Shown: one piece after another, positions 36,882-45,582 of the stretch
Numbering within the stretch: the stretch's first letter is position 1
How the letters are laid out: the number at the start of each line of letters is the position of its first letter
Source: Tannerellaceae bacterium
GTDB taxonomy: Bacteria > Bacteroidota > Bacteroidia > Bacteroidales > CAMTPD01
DNA: 64,000 nucleotides
Reading direction: 5' to 3'
NCBI GenBank assembly: GCA_051660585.1
Contig: JBOFPV010000052.1
Span: 80,331-144,330 of the forward strand
Notes under the pieces: model-generated
What the model was told of the DNA's origin: nothing
Databases searched by the model: none
What the model saw: the letters and a program-made list of their open reading frames with translations, nothing else
Translations under genes and position numbers: made by a program

Positions 36882-36998
36882 ATGAATGCCAATTTAATCA
36901 GCGCTATTGAAGTTACGGTAATCTCGATGCTTGGGATCTTCGTGTTTATGTTACTATTCTACTGTATCATCAAACTACTAGACAAGTATTGCAAGTAA
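36882..36998 (+). CDS. Possible 38-aa single-TM micro-protein (OadG-like?)
   Basis: Hand translation gives MNANLISAIEVTVISMLGIFVFMLLFYCIIKLLDKYCK. It lies 32 nt after oadB. The hydrophobic core resembles the N-terminal helix of OadG-family subunits, but it is very short and has no clear RBS. Confidence 0.3.
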   Translation: MNANLISAIEVTVISMLGIFVFMLLFYCIIKLLDKYCK

Positions 36999-37037
36999 CC
37001 GCAAAGCAACGAATAAAAATAAACCTTACTTACTTCA

Positions 37038-37210
37038 AATCGTCAGGTCGCCATCTGACGATTCGAAACAAACGAAGACTGAATCGTCAGGTGCCGACCT
37101 GACGATTCTCTTTTCATTATAACAGAATCGTTTGATCGGCATCAAACGATTTAAACCTAGTGAAGACTGAATTGTTCGATGCCCATCAAACGATTCAGTC
37201 TTCACTATAT
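37038..37210. repeat. Tandem 2 x 88-nt repeat, each unit carrying two hairpins
   Basis: Hairpins at 37038-37063, 37081-37108, 37126-37151 and 37160-37205. The units align with conserved AATCGT/ACGATT frames and a GAAGACTGAAT linker. See findings. Confidence 0.8.
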
Positions 37211-37299
37211 TTGAAAATAAAGGACGCTATAAGCGAAAAGAGATAGTACAAAAACGAGATTGTGATGCTATGAAGATTATTCCGGCGTTGGGTTGATGG

Positions 37300-37340
37300 C
37301 AAAAGAAAAGGCCGGCAGGAAAAATCCTGTCGGCCTTGTA
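37300..37340 (-). terminator. Rho-independent terminator of rplS
   Basis: Minus-strand hairpin AAGGCCGACAGGA-TTTT-TCCTGCCGGCCTT followed by TTCTTTT. Confidence 0.8.
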
Positions 37341-37362
37341 TCTTTTAGCTTTGAAGCAAAGA

Positions 37363-37716
37363 TTAGCGAACAACGCGTCTTTCTTTGATTCTCGCTTTCT
37401 TACCTGTAAGTGCACGAAGGTAATAAAGCTTAGCTCTACGAACTTTACCGTATTTGTTAACAGTGATGCTGTCGATGAATGGAGAATCCATAGGGAAGAT
37501 TCTTTCTACACCAACGTTGTCTGACATCTTACGTACAGTGAAACGTTTTTTGTTACCGTGTCCTGAGATACGGATAACTACGCCTCTATACTGTTGGATA
37601 CGTTCTTTGTTACCCTCAGTAATACGATAAGCTACAGTGATAGTATCACCGCTTCTGAACTTAGGAAGTTCTTTGCCGCTAGCAAGTGCTTGCTCTGCAA
37701 TTTTAATTAAATCCAT
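37363..37716 (-). CDS. rplS: 50S ribosomal protein L19
   Basis: 117 aa; [23 protein letters not shown].....G....[17 protein letters not shown]. Confidence 0.97.
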   Translation of the reverse strand: MDLIKIAEQALASGKELPKFRSGDTITVAYRITEGNKERIQQYRGVVIRISGHGNKKRFTVRKMSDNVGVERIFPMDSPFIDSITVNKYGKVRRAKLYYLRALTGKKARIKERRVVR

Positions 37717-38048
37717 CTTTGTATAGCTTTTTTAATTGATTATTATTCCCAACGCAATGTAACGGGCTACTTATTCAACCGACAGAGATTGCGCAAAGCG
37801 GTGCAAAGAAACGAATTATTTGCAAGATAAGCAAGTAGAAAGCTTTAATTTACAGCAAGTCGGGTCTTAAAAAAGAATATCGTAAAGGTAGGTTGTGCAA
37901 ATAATAATAGAAGTAAAGTAATTAAAAAGTAATGAGGTTGTTTCGTCTTTATCTTGCGTCGATGCCACACTATAGATTGTAGCTTATTGTAACATTTATT
38001 GCCACAAAAATCAGGGGTCTTCCTCATTGCAATCACGCAAATATTCTG

Positions 38049-38056
38049 TATGTTTG
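38049..38056 (+). promoter_or_regulatory. Candidate -7 box (TATGTTTG) for the GH3/beta-lactamase gene
   Basis: TAnnTTTG match 22 nt upstream of ATG 38078. Confidence 0.4.
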
Positions 38057-38077
38057 GGGGAAGATAGATACGAATAG

Positions 38078-41059
38078 ATGAGAAAAGTAGCATTGATAGG
38101 TGTTGTTTGTTGTTTGATCCAGACCCTGTGGGCACAACGACAACCGGCCATGTACAGTAAGACTGACCAGCAAAAGATGAATCATTGGGTCGATTCTGTT
38201 TACAACCGCCTTTCGCCAACCGAGCGCGTGGGACAGTTGTTTATGGTAATCGCAAATCCCAAATCAGATGCCCGTAACCTGCAATTGGTAAACCGATATG
38301 TCAACGAACTAAAGATCGGAGGCGTATTGTTTCACAAAGGAAGTCCGCAAGAGCAAGCACTGGTAACCAATAAGATGCAAGACGCATCGCGTGTGCCGTT
38401 GCTCGTGTCGCTCGATGGCGAATGGGGGCTTTCGATGCGCCTGTCCAATACCACTCGTTTTCCAAAAAACATGATGCTCGGAGCCATTCAAAACGACAGT
38501 TTGATCTACGCTTACGGACAAGAAGTGGCACGTCAGTGTCGCGAGTTGGGCATTCATATCAACTTCGCGCCCGATATCGATGTAAACAGTAACCCCGAGA
38601 ATCCGGTAATCGGATTACGCGCCTTTGGTGAAGATCCCAAGCTCGTTACCCGCAAAGGATTGGCCTATGCACGCGGCATGGAAGATGCCGGAGTGATGTC
38701 GGTAGCCAAGCATTTTCCCGGTCACGGTGATACATCCGAAGATTCGCACGTAACACTTCCGGTGGTAAACAAGTCTATTTCCTCTATCGAAAACATCGAC
38801 CTTTATCCATTTAGAAGATACATCGACGAAGGCTTTGGCGGCGTAATGACCGGACACCTTGTTGTACCTGCGCTCGAAAAGTCGCGCACGCGTCCTACTT
38901 CCCTGTCCAAAGCTATCGTAACCGATTTATTGCAAAATAAGATGGGCTTCGAGGGACTTTGTTTTACCGATGCATTGGCCATGAAAGGGGCAAGTGCCGG
39001 TAAAACCGAAAACCAAGCCGTACAGGCATTGCTTGCCGGAAATGATGTTTTGCTGGGTTCGGCAGCTCCATTTACCGACCAAAAAGCACTACTTGCAGCC
39101 ATCGAAAACAAGCAAATCCCGGCCAAATTGATCGAAGAAAAGTGCAAGAAAGTATTGGCCTACAAATATGTATTGGGCTTGAACAACTACAAACCGATTG
39201 TGATCAAAGGTTTGCAGGAACGCCTCAATACGCCGCATGCCAACTGGCTTGCCGGCAAACTCAATGCCGAGGGGCTTACCTTGGTAAAGAATACCGAACG
39301 TGAGGTGCCGATCAAAGGATTGGCCAATAAAAAGATAGCCGTGTTGTCGCTGGGCGATGATACGAACAATGAGTTTACCCAATCGGTGCGCAACTATACG
39401 CAAGCCGACGCATTTGCCATCGGTCGCAAGTTTACTCCGGCACAGTCGGAAGCGGTATTGAAGAAGCTCGAAAACTACGATGTGATCATCTGCGGGGTGC
39501 ATACCAACCGCATCAAAGAGTCGGTCGCACTCAAGAAACTCCTTGTGCAGAAAGACTTTCATATTGTATTTTTTGTAAGTCCATACGCACTGAGCGACTA
39601 TAAGTTTTCGGTAGACAAAGCACGCTCCGTAACCGTTGCTTACGAGAATACGCCACTGGCAAAAGAGTATGCGGGGCAATTGCTTTTCGGAGGTATTCCG
39701 GCCAAAGGAAAACTTCCCGTATCGGTAGAAGAGCTATTTGTAGCCGATACCGGTATCAACACACAGAAAGTTCGCCTGAGCTATCAAGACGCGGAAGAGG
39801 TAGGGCTTGATGCCGCAAAGCTTGAGCAAATAGATGAAATTGTACAAGAAGGTATCAAGGCGGGCGCTTATCCCGGATGTCAGGTACTGGTAGCCAAAGA
39901 CGGAGTCGTGGTTTACGACAAAGCATTTGGATACTACGACAATACCCGAAAAAAAAAAGTAACGACGCAATCGGTTTATGACTTGGCTTCGGTTTCGAAA
40001 GCAGCCGGAACACTTCCTGCCGTGATGAAGCTCTACGACGAAAACAAGCTCAAGCTGCAAGGAACACTGGCCGACTATCTGTCCGAAATGAAGAAAACCA
40101 ACAAAGCATCGGTGCAGGTAACCGATCTGCTTTACCACCAATCGGGCATTACGCCGGCAATCAACTTTTACACCTCGGCCATCGACAAGTCGAGCTATTC
40201 GGGTTCGCTTTATGCTTCGGCACGCAACGCCAGCCACCCGGTGCGTATCGATGCCAAAACCTACGGTCGCACCAACTTTAAATACAATCCCGAATTGGTA
40301 AGCTCAACCAAGAGTGCCAGTTATCCGATCGAAGTTGCGAAAGGCATTTACCTGAATACCAGTTTCAGGGATACGATCATGCAAAAGATTGCCGACTCGC
40401 GTGTAAAGCCACGAGGCGGATATGCCTACAGTTGCATCAACTTTATCTTGTTGCAAAAGATAGTAGAGCGTCAAACCGGCAAGTCGCTCGACCGCTATGT
40501 CGACGATGCCATCTTTGCACCGCTCGGTGCTTATACCACCATGTATAATCCCTGCACTAAACTAGATACGTCCTTAATTGTTCCATCTTCAGAGGATGGT
40601 TTTTTGCGCAAACAGGTGTTGCGCGGATATGTGCACGACGAAGCGGCTGCCTTTCAGGGAGGTGTTTCGGGTAATGCAGGACTATTCTCGTCGGCCGGAG
40701 ACTTGGCAAAGCTGTTGCAACTTTATCTCAACGACGGTACCTATGGAGGTGAGACCTTGCTAAGCAAGCAAACCACGCACATGTTTACCCATTCGAAAAG
40801 TAAAACATGCCGTCGCGGATTGGGATTTGACAAGCCGGATATGAACAATAAGCGGAGTTCCCCAACGGGCGAAAAGGCTCCTGCTTCGGTGTATGGACAT
40901 ACCGGATTCACAGGAACCTGTTTTTGGGTAGATCCCGACAACGATCTGATTTATATCTTTCTAAGCAATCGCTTGATGCCTGATCGGGTCAACAATAAAC
41001 TCTCATCGATGGATATTCGCACCCGCATACAAGATGCGATATACGACGCGATGCGATAA
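38078..41059 (+). CDS. Fusion protein: GH3 beta-N-acetylhexosaminidase (NagZ-like) N-terminal domain plus class-C/AmpH-like serine hydrolase (beta-lactamase family) C-terminal domain
   Basis: Signal peptide. GH3 motif KHFPGHGDTSEDSH and FEGLCFTDAL. C-terminal S-x-x-K (ASVSKA), YSCINF (Y-x-N-like) and HTGFTG (KTG-like); 993 aa. Confidence 0.85.
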   Translation: MRKVALIGVVCCLIQTLWAQRQPAMYSKTDQQKMNHWVDSVYNRLSPTERVGQLFMVIANPKSDARNLQLVNRYVNELKIGGVLFHKGSPQEQALVTNKMQDASRVPLLVSLDGEWGLSMRLSNTTRFPKNMMLGAIQNDSLIYAYGQEVARQCRELGIHINFAPDIDVNSNPENPVIGLRAFGEDPKLVTRKGLAYARGMEDAGVMSVAKHFPGHGDTSEDSHVTLPVVNKSISSIENIDLYPFRRYIDEGFGGVMTGHLVVPALEKSRTRPTSLSKAIVTDLLQNKMGFEGLCFTDALAMKGASAGKTENQAVQALLAGNDVLLGSAAPFTDQKALLAAIENKQIPAKLIEEKCKKVLAYKYVLGLNNYKPIVIKGLQERLNTPHANWLAGKLNAEGLTLVKNTEREVPIKGLANKKIAVLSLGDDTNNEFTQSVRNYTQADAFAIGRKFTPAQSEAVLKKLENYDVIICGVHTNRIKESVALKKLLVQKDFHIVFFVSPYALSDYKFSVDKARSVTVAYENTPLAKEYAGQLLFGGIPAKGKLPVSVEELFVADTGINTQKVRLSYQDAEEVGLDAAKLEQIDEIVQEGIKAGAYPGCQVLVAKDGVVVYDKAFGYYDNTRKKKVTTQSVYDLASVSKAAGTLPAVMKLYDENKLKLQGTLADYLSEMKKTNKASVQVTDLLYHQSGITPAINFYTSAIDKSSYSGSLYASARNASHPVRIDAKTYGRTNFKYNPELVSSTKSASYPIEVAKGIYLNTSFRDTIMQKIADSRVKPRGGYAYSCINFILLQKIVERQTGKSLDRYVDDAIFAPLGAYTTMYNPCTKLDTSLIVPSSEDGFLRKQVLRGYVHDEAAAFQGGVSGNAGLFSSAGDLAKLLQLYLNDGTYGGETLLSKQTTHMFTHSKSKTCRRGLGFDKPDMNNKRSSPTGEKAPASVYGHTGFTGTCFWVDPDNDLIYIFLSNRLMPDRVNNKLSSMDIRTRIQDAIYDAMR

Positions 41060-41124
41060 AAGAGCAGATTATCATATTAGAGAAAACAACAATAAGAGAG
41101 TACAAACTTAAATCACTTACGAAT

Positions 41125-42156
41125 ATGCTATTTGGACATGGAGACGACTTCTACAATGCTCCCGTTGAAATCACGAGCAACTACAGCTCTAACGTATGGA
41201 GAGGAGTCAATCTGGAGAAACTAAAACAACATCTCGAGCTACAACTCGACAAGATTTCATTGTATCCCGAGCCCGATGCTTCGTCGCTGCGCAAACTGCT
41301 AGCCCGACGCAACGAAATATCGGAGGATAATGTAATTTTCTGCAACGGCTCTGTCGATGCGATTTACCTCATTGCCATGGCTTGGCGCGGGGCTCGCTCG
41401 TTGGTAGCCATCCCTACCTTTACCGAATATGAAGATGCTTGTAAGCTACACGACCACGAAGTAGACTTCTGTTTCTACGACGACTTGGGCGAACTCCCAT
41501 TTGAGCATATCGATATTTGCTGGCTTTCTAATCCGAATGCGGCAAACGGTAAAATGCTTAAACGTAATGAATTACTTAAGCTAATTGCGGCTCATCCTGA
41601 AGTAAAGTTTGTAGTAGACCAGTCTAACCTTTCTTTTACGATCGAAGACGGATTGAAGCATTCCGACATTAAGAACCATCCGAATCTGATCTTGATCTAT
41701 TCACTTTCAAAACCATACGGAATACCGGGCTTGCGTGCCGGATACCTTGTGGCACGTGAAGAGTTCGTTTCACATATCAACCGTTATAAAATTCCTTGGT
41801 CTGTCAACACTTTGGCTATCGAAGCCAGCAAATATGTGTTGATACACCCGGCGCAGTTTACCCTGCCAATTCGCAAATGGCTTCGCGAAACCTCCGAGTT
41901 TATCTATCAACTTAGCAAACTCGACAACGTAGAAGTGGAGCACTCGGTTACGACCTATTTCCTTATTTACCTCAAAAAAGGAACAGCCGGTGCTTTGAAA
42001 CAGTTTATGTTGGAACAAGGAGTATTGATTCGTGATGCATCCAATATTCGCGGTCTCGACGAAACGGCCGTGCGTCTTTGCACACAATCTACCGAACAAA
42101 ACTTGAAGTTTGTCGAGCTATTGTCGCAATGGCTTAGCGAGCAAGGTGTTGAATAA
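41125..42156 (+). CDS. Class I/II PLP-dependent aminotransferase-fold enzyme (CobD threonine-phosphate decarboxylase / HisC-like)
   Basis: N-terminal HGDD, SNPNAANG, and the PLP-lysine context YSLSKPYGIPGLRAGY; 343 aa. Confidence 0.7.
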   Translation: MLFGHGDDFYNAPVEITSNYSSNVWRGVNLEKLKQHLELQLDKISLYPEPDASSLRKLLARRNEISEDNVIFCNGSVDAIYLIAMAWRGARSLVAIPTFTEYEDACKLHDHEVDFCFYDDLGELPFEHIDICWLSNPNAANGKMLKRNELLKLIAAHPEVKFVVDQSNLSFTIEDGLKHSDIKNHPNLILIYSLSKPYGIPGLRAGYLVAREEFVSHINRYKIPWSVNTLAIEASKYVLIHPAQFTLPIRKWLRETSEFIYQLSKLDNVEVEHSVTTYFLIYLKKGTAGALKQFMLEQGVLIRDASNIRGLDETAVRLCTQSTEQNLKFVELLSQWLSEQGVE

Positions 42157-42184
42157 TAGCTTTATAATGCATCTGAAATAGCAT

Positions 42185-42221
42185 GAAAGGCGAGACAGAG
42201 TCACAACTCTTCTCGCCTTTC
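42185..42221 (+). terminator. Possible terminator hairpin after the aminotransferase gene
   Basis: 11-bp perfect stem GAAAGGCGAGA / TCTCGCCTTTC with a 15-nt loop. The T-run is weak. Confidence 0.4.
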
Positions 42222-42320
42222 ATTGTATATAAACGATTTGTAATTGTATATTTTTGTTTTATCTTGCAGTATATTTTACAGATCATCAAATATTGGTAGT
42301 TTTGTCTCAAAGCAAACCCT

Positions 42321-44078
42321 ATGTATCGACTTTGCCTAATTCTCATTAATATAATAATATGTGTGTCGTGTAGCCGAAGCACAACGATTACTCCCCAACT
42401 ACAACAAGCTGAAGCCCTTATGCAATCAGCTCCGGATAGTGCACTTGCTATATTGCAAGGTATTTCAGAGCCGGAAAAGATGTCTTCGCTCAATTACAAT
42501 ACGTGGAACTTACTGATTACTCAAGCCGAAAATAAGAACCGAGTCAAAGCTACGACAGATGAGCGCATTAAAATGGCACGGGCATACTTTGATCGTACGG
42601 ATAATAAATTGCGTAAAGCACAATGCAATTTCTATGCCGGTCAGGTAGCTTTAGATCTCAACAAACCCGATAGTGCGGCCGTAGGTTATCTTCGTGCAAT
42701 TGATCTTCTCGAAGGAACAGATGAATACGAACTTCGAGGTTTGGCTTATCATTATTGGGGAGTACTCAATATAAGTTTTAAAGATGCCAATAAAGCAAAG
42801 TGTGCGTTCCAGCAAGCATTGATACAGTTTGATACGAATGAAAATAAAAAGTATAAAGTCTATGCTTTACGAGATCTTGCTCGGGCATATTACAATTTAG
42901 AATTGCCGGATAGTGCTTATGTGTATTATAACTTGGCAGTAGAAGAATCGAAGCAAATTAACGACTCCTTGCTGATCTCCAGTATTTATAATTCTCTGGC
43001 AAGCTATCATAAGGCAATCGGTAGCTACGATTCGAGTATGCACTATGTGCGTACATCCATTCGATATAATACGAATCCGGTCTTTATTGATGCGAATTAC
43101 CTGATAATAGGGCGGCTCTTTATGCAAATGAATCAACTCGATTCGGCCCGAATTTATTTGGAACAAGCACAGGCTTCTCCCAATTTAGATACGAATACGG
43201 GAGCTATAGGGGAGTTGGCCAACTATTATCAGCTCTTAAACGATCCTAAGAATGAGTCGATTCATCTTCGCAAATACATCAGCTCTCGAGTGAAGCAAAT
43301 GGATTTGTATCAGCAGTCGAAGATTAAAGAGATTGAAGCTTTATATGACAACGAACGTCTGCAACGAGCCAAGTTGCAGGTCGAAAAAGATCACATGCGA
43401 TTATTTACGATTGCATGTTTATTGATATTGCTGTTTCTCTGTGTGTTTGTTTTGCTGGCGGTTGTACTTCACAAAAGAAAAGAGAAACTCCAACAATTAG
43501 AAGTACAGTTAAAAGAGCGAGATGAGCGAATCACACAAAATGAAGTCAAAATCAAAGAGATTGTAGAGCACTTGTCATCTATCAAAACAAGTCAAGAAAA
43601 CCAGCTCAGCGAAACAGAGCATTCTTCGATAAAATTGCTTCAAGCAGAGCGTGATCGACTTTACGCCGAGAATCATGTACTATTGCAGAAAAGTGAAGAA
43701 GATTTGAAGCGCTACAAAGCGTTGCGTAAAAGTAACAAGAAGTTGTCTGAACGTTTGATTGAAACGACCGATTTGCATACAATGATTTCAGACTTCAAAG
43801 GTGATAGTCGAACGTTGGATCTTATTCGTGTGGAATTGGCGAAAGAGCTTAAACAACTCTATCCCGATTTTGCAAAGAAGCTAAATAAGCTGGCACCGAA
43901 ATTAGATGAAAAAGATCGATTGATTTGCTACATGCTTAAGCTGAATTTTAGCAATGCCGACATTGCAAAACTTCTATTTATACAGCCACAAACTGTATCC
44001 CAATATAAATCTACAATCGTAAAAGAGCGATTCAAGCAAGAAGGAACAACGCTCGAGGATTTGCTTTACTCTGTATGA
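42321..44078 (+). CDS. TPR-repeat / single-TM / C-terminal LuxR-type HTH regulator (DUF6377-like one-component transmembrane regulator)
   Basis: Lipobox-like N-terminus (LILINIIICVSC). TPR-like repeats with AYYNLG-type motifs. TM helix LFTIACLLILLFLCVFVLLAVVL. Coiled coil. C-terminal HTH ..DRLICYMLKLNFSNADIAKLLFIQPQTVSQYKSTI. Confidence 0.65.
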   Translation: MYRLCLILINIIICVSCSRSTTITPQLQQAEALMQSAPDSALAILQGISEPEKMSSLNYNTWNLLITQAENKNRVKATTDERIKMARAYFDRTDNKLRKAQCNFYAGQVALDLNKPDSAAVGYLRAIDLLEGTDEYELRGLAYHYWGVLNISFKDANKAKCAFQQALIQFDTNENKKYKVYALRDLARAYYNLELPDSAYVYYNLAVEESKQINDSLLISSIYNSLASYHKAIGSYDSSMHYVRTSIRYNTNPVFIDANYLIIGRLFMQMNQLDSARIYLEQAQASPNLDTNTGAIGELANYYQLLNDPKNESIHLRKYISSRVKQMDLYQQSKIKEIEALYDNERLQRAKLQVEKDHMRLFTIACLLILLFLCVFVLLAVVLHKRKEKLQQLEVQLKERDERITQNEVKIKEIVEHLSSIKTSQENQLSETEHSSIKLLQAERDRLYAENHVLLQKSEEDLKRYKALRKSNKKLSERLIETTDLHTMISDFKGDSRTLDLIRVELAKELKQLYPDFAKKLNKLAPKLDEKDRLICYMLKLNFSNADIAKLLFIQPQTVSQYKSTIVKERFKQEGTTLEDLLYSV

Positions 44079-44228
44079 TTTCACAGCTCAAAAGAGACGA
44101 CTTTGAGGCTGTAAAATCTATATATGAAATAAAATATAGAAATTGATAGGTGTAAGTTGTTGCTGTTTAGCGTGTTGCGTTTTGTTTGTTTTCTATATCC
44201 GAGAAGCCAGAGTAATGGTAAAAGTATC

Positions 44229-44236
44229 TAGCTTTG
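44229..44236 (+). promoter_or_regulatory. Candidate -7 box (TAGCTTTG) for the 116-aa secreted protein gene
   Basis: TAnnTTTG match 45 nt upstream of ATG 44281. Confidence 0.45.
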
Positions 44237-44280
44237 CAGTATAGGTAAATAATTGCAGACTTTTTTATATTAAATAACCT

Positions 44281-44631
44281 ATGGAATTGAAAAAAAGTTT
44301 TCCGTTGATATTAGCATTGTGTATTGCACTTTGTCAATCACTATTTGCGAGCGCAGAAGGAAACGACATATTACCACCGGATGAAGACATGGGTTTAAAC
44401 CCTGTTAGTTTATCTATCGGAGATGTGCGACTTCAAAACAATTGCGTAGAAGTAGTGCTAGATGAAGAAGCAAAAGAAGTATTTGTTTCAATCAATCACG
44501 TAGATGGAGTTGTAACAAATGAAGTCATTAACAACGGACGATTGGCTATTATTCCTTTAGCTAGTGACTATAAATTTACAGTAATATTAGAAAAAGAAGG
44601 GCAAGACTATGTTTATGTTCTGCCACAGTAA
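44281..44631 (+). CDS. Small secreted hypothetical protein
   Basis: 116 aa with signal peptide MELKKSFPLILALCIALCQSLFASA and a beta-rich mature part. No family recognised. Confidence 0.5.
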   Translation: MELKKSFPLILALCIALCQSLFASAEGNDILPPDEDMGLNPVSLSIGDVRLQNNCVEVVLDEEAKEVFVSINHVDGVVTNEVINNGRLAIIPLASDYKFTVILEKEGQDYVYVLPQ

Positions 44632-45334
44632 TATTAGATTTTGACGTTAGCCTGTATGTATTAATTTCGGTTGCTTTGAAAGATAAAGCAACAATCTATT
44701 AGACTTATCGAATTATGGAATACAAGGATCTTAGAGATCCTTCTTGAATGGATTTTATCAGTTCTTCGGAGCAAGTATGCGATTAAGATTTTTCTACTGC
44801 TAGGTGTAGGTTTGTTAGATATAGATTTTATAGATGTATATTGAGCAAGCTTAAGCCCGGCAGTAGAAAAACTGAATCTCCACCCTTAACAAACACTTAG
44901 TATCATATCTTTAAATGATACTCTAATCAATCTGGATCTATTTTATGAAAAAAGCATTGCAATAATATTACACAGAAGCCTTATATAAGCTATCTTGGCA
45001 AATACTTGTAAGATCCAACTGAATCAAACTAAAACAATGTATGGCTTTAATATTGATTGGCGCAGTAAGTGAGCATTATGTGTAAAATCAATAAGATATT
45101 AGACTTTACTGCATCTGTAATTTTATGGGGTGCGGGAGCAATTCTGGTATTTTAAACTGGCTCAACGGTTGGTCTATTTCGACTACAATGAACTCCACAG
45201 CTATAAGGTACAGCAAAACTACTATTTTATGGGAAGGGATAATGTATTAAACTCTCAAGACTCACGGTAATGGGGACTATTACCCGAGTTGTTTATTGTA
45301 GATACAAAAGCTTAGAAAATAAGGATAGGAAAAG

Positions 45335-45376
45335 AAAAAGGCGGATTAAAATAATTCTATTTTAATCCGCCTTTTA
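45335..45376 (-). terminator. Rho-independent terminator of the small membrane-protein gene
   Basis: 13-bp perfect stem GGCGGATTAAAAT (45340-45352) / ATTTTAATCCGCC (45359-45371), flanked by A/T runs on both sides, so potentially bidirectional. Confidence 0.8.
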
Positions 45377-45411
45377 TGCAGTGTGTCCGAACGAGCCGGA
45401 CAAAGACTTTG

Positions 45412-45582
45412 TTATTGAACTCTTTTGTTGATAAAGATGTGTCCAATAAAACCAGCAATTACACAAGCCATACCTGCTACAAGTACTCCGTTTGAAGAAG
45501 TACCCATAAATGAAGGCACAGCCAAAATTGCAACACCTACCAACAGGATAATAACTCCTAAGTATTTGACAAGATTGTTCAT
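45412..45582 (-). CDS. Small two-TM membrane protein (hypothetical)
   Basis: MNNLVKYLGVIILLVGVAILAVPSFMGTSSNGVLVAGMACVIAGFIGHIFINKRVQ (56 aa from the internal ATG 45582). Has its own terminator. Confidence 0.55.
   Translation of the reverse strand: MNNLVKYLGVIILLVGVAILAVPSFMGTSSNGVLVAGMACVIAGFIGHIFINKRVQ

Noticed and set aside
39089-40237. Two long minus-strand ORFs (196 aa and 167 aa) inside the GH3/beta-lactamase gene
   Set aside because: They are in the same codon phase as the sense gene (positions congruent to 2 mod 3). These are shadow ORFs with no motifs, and the sense gene carries clear catalytic signatures.
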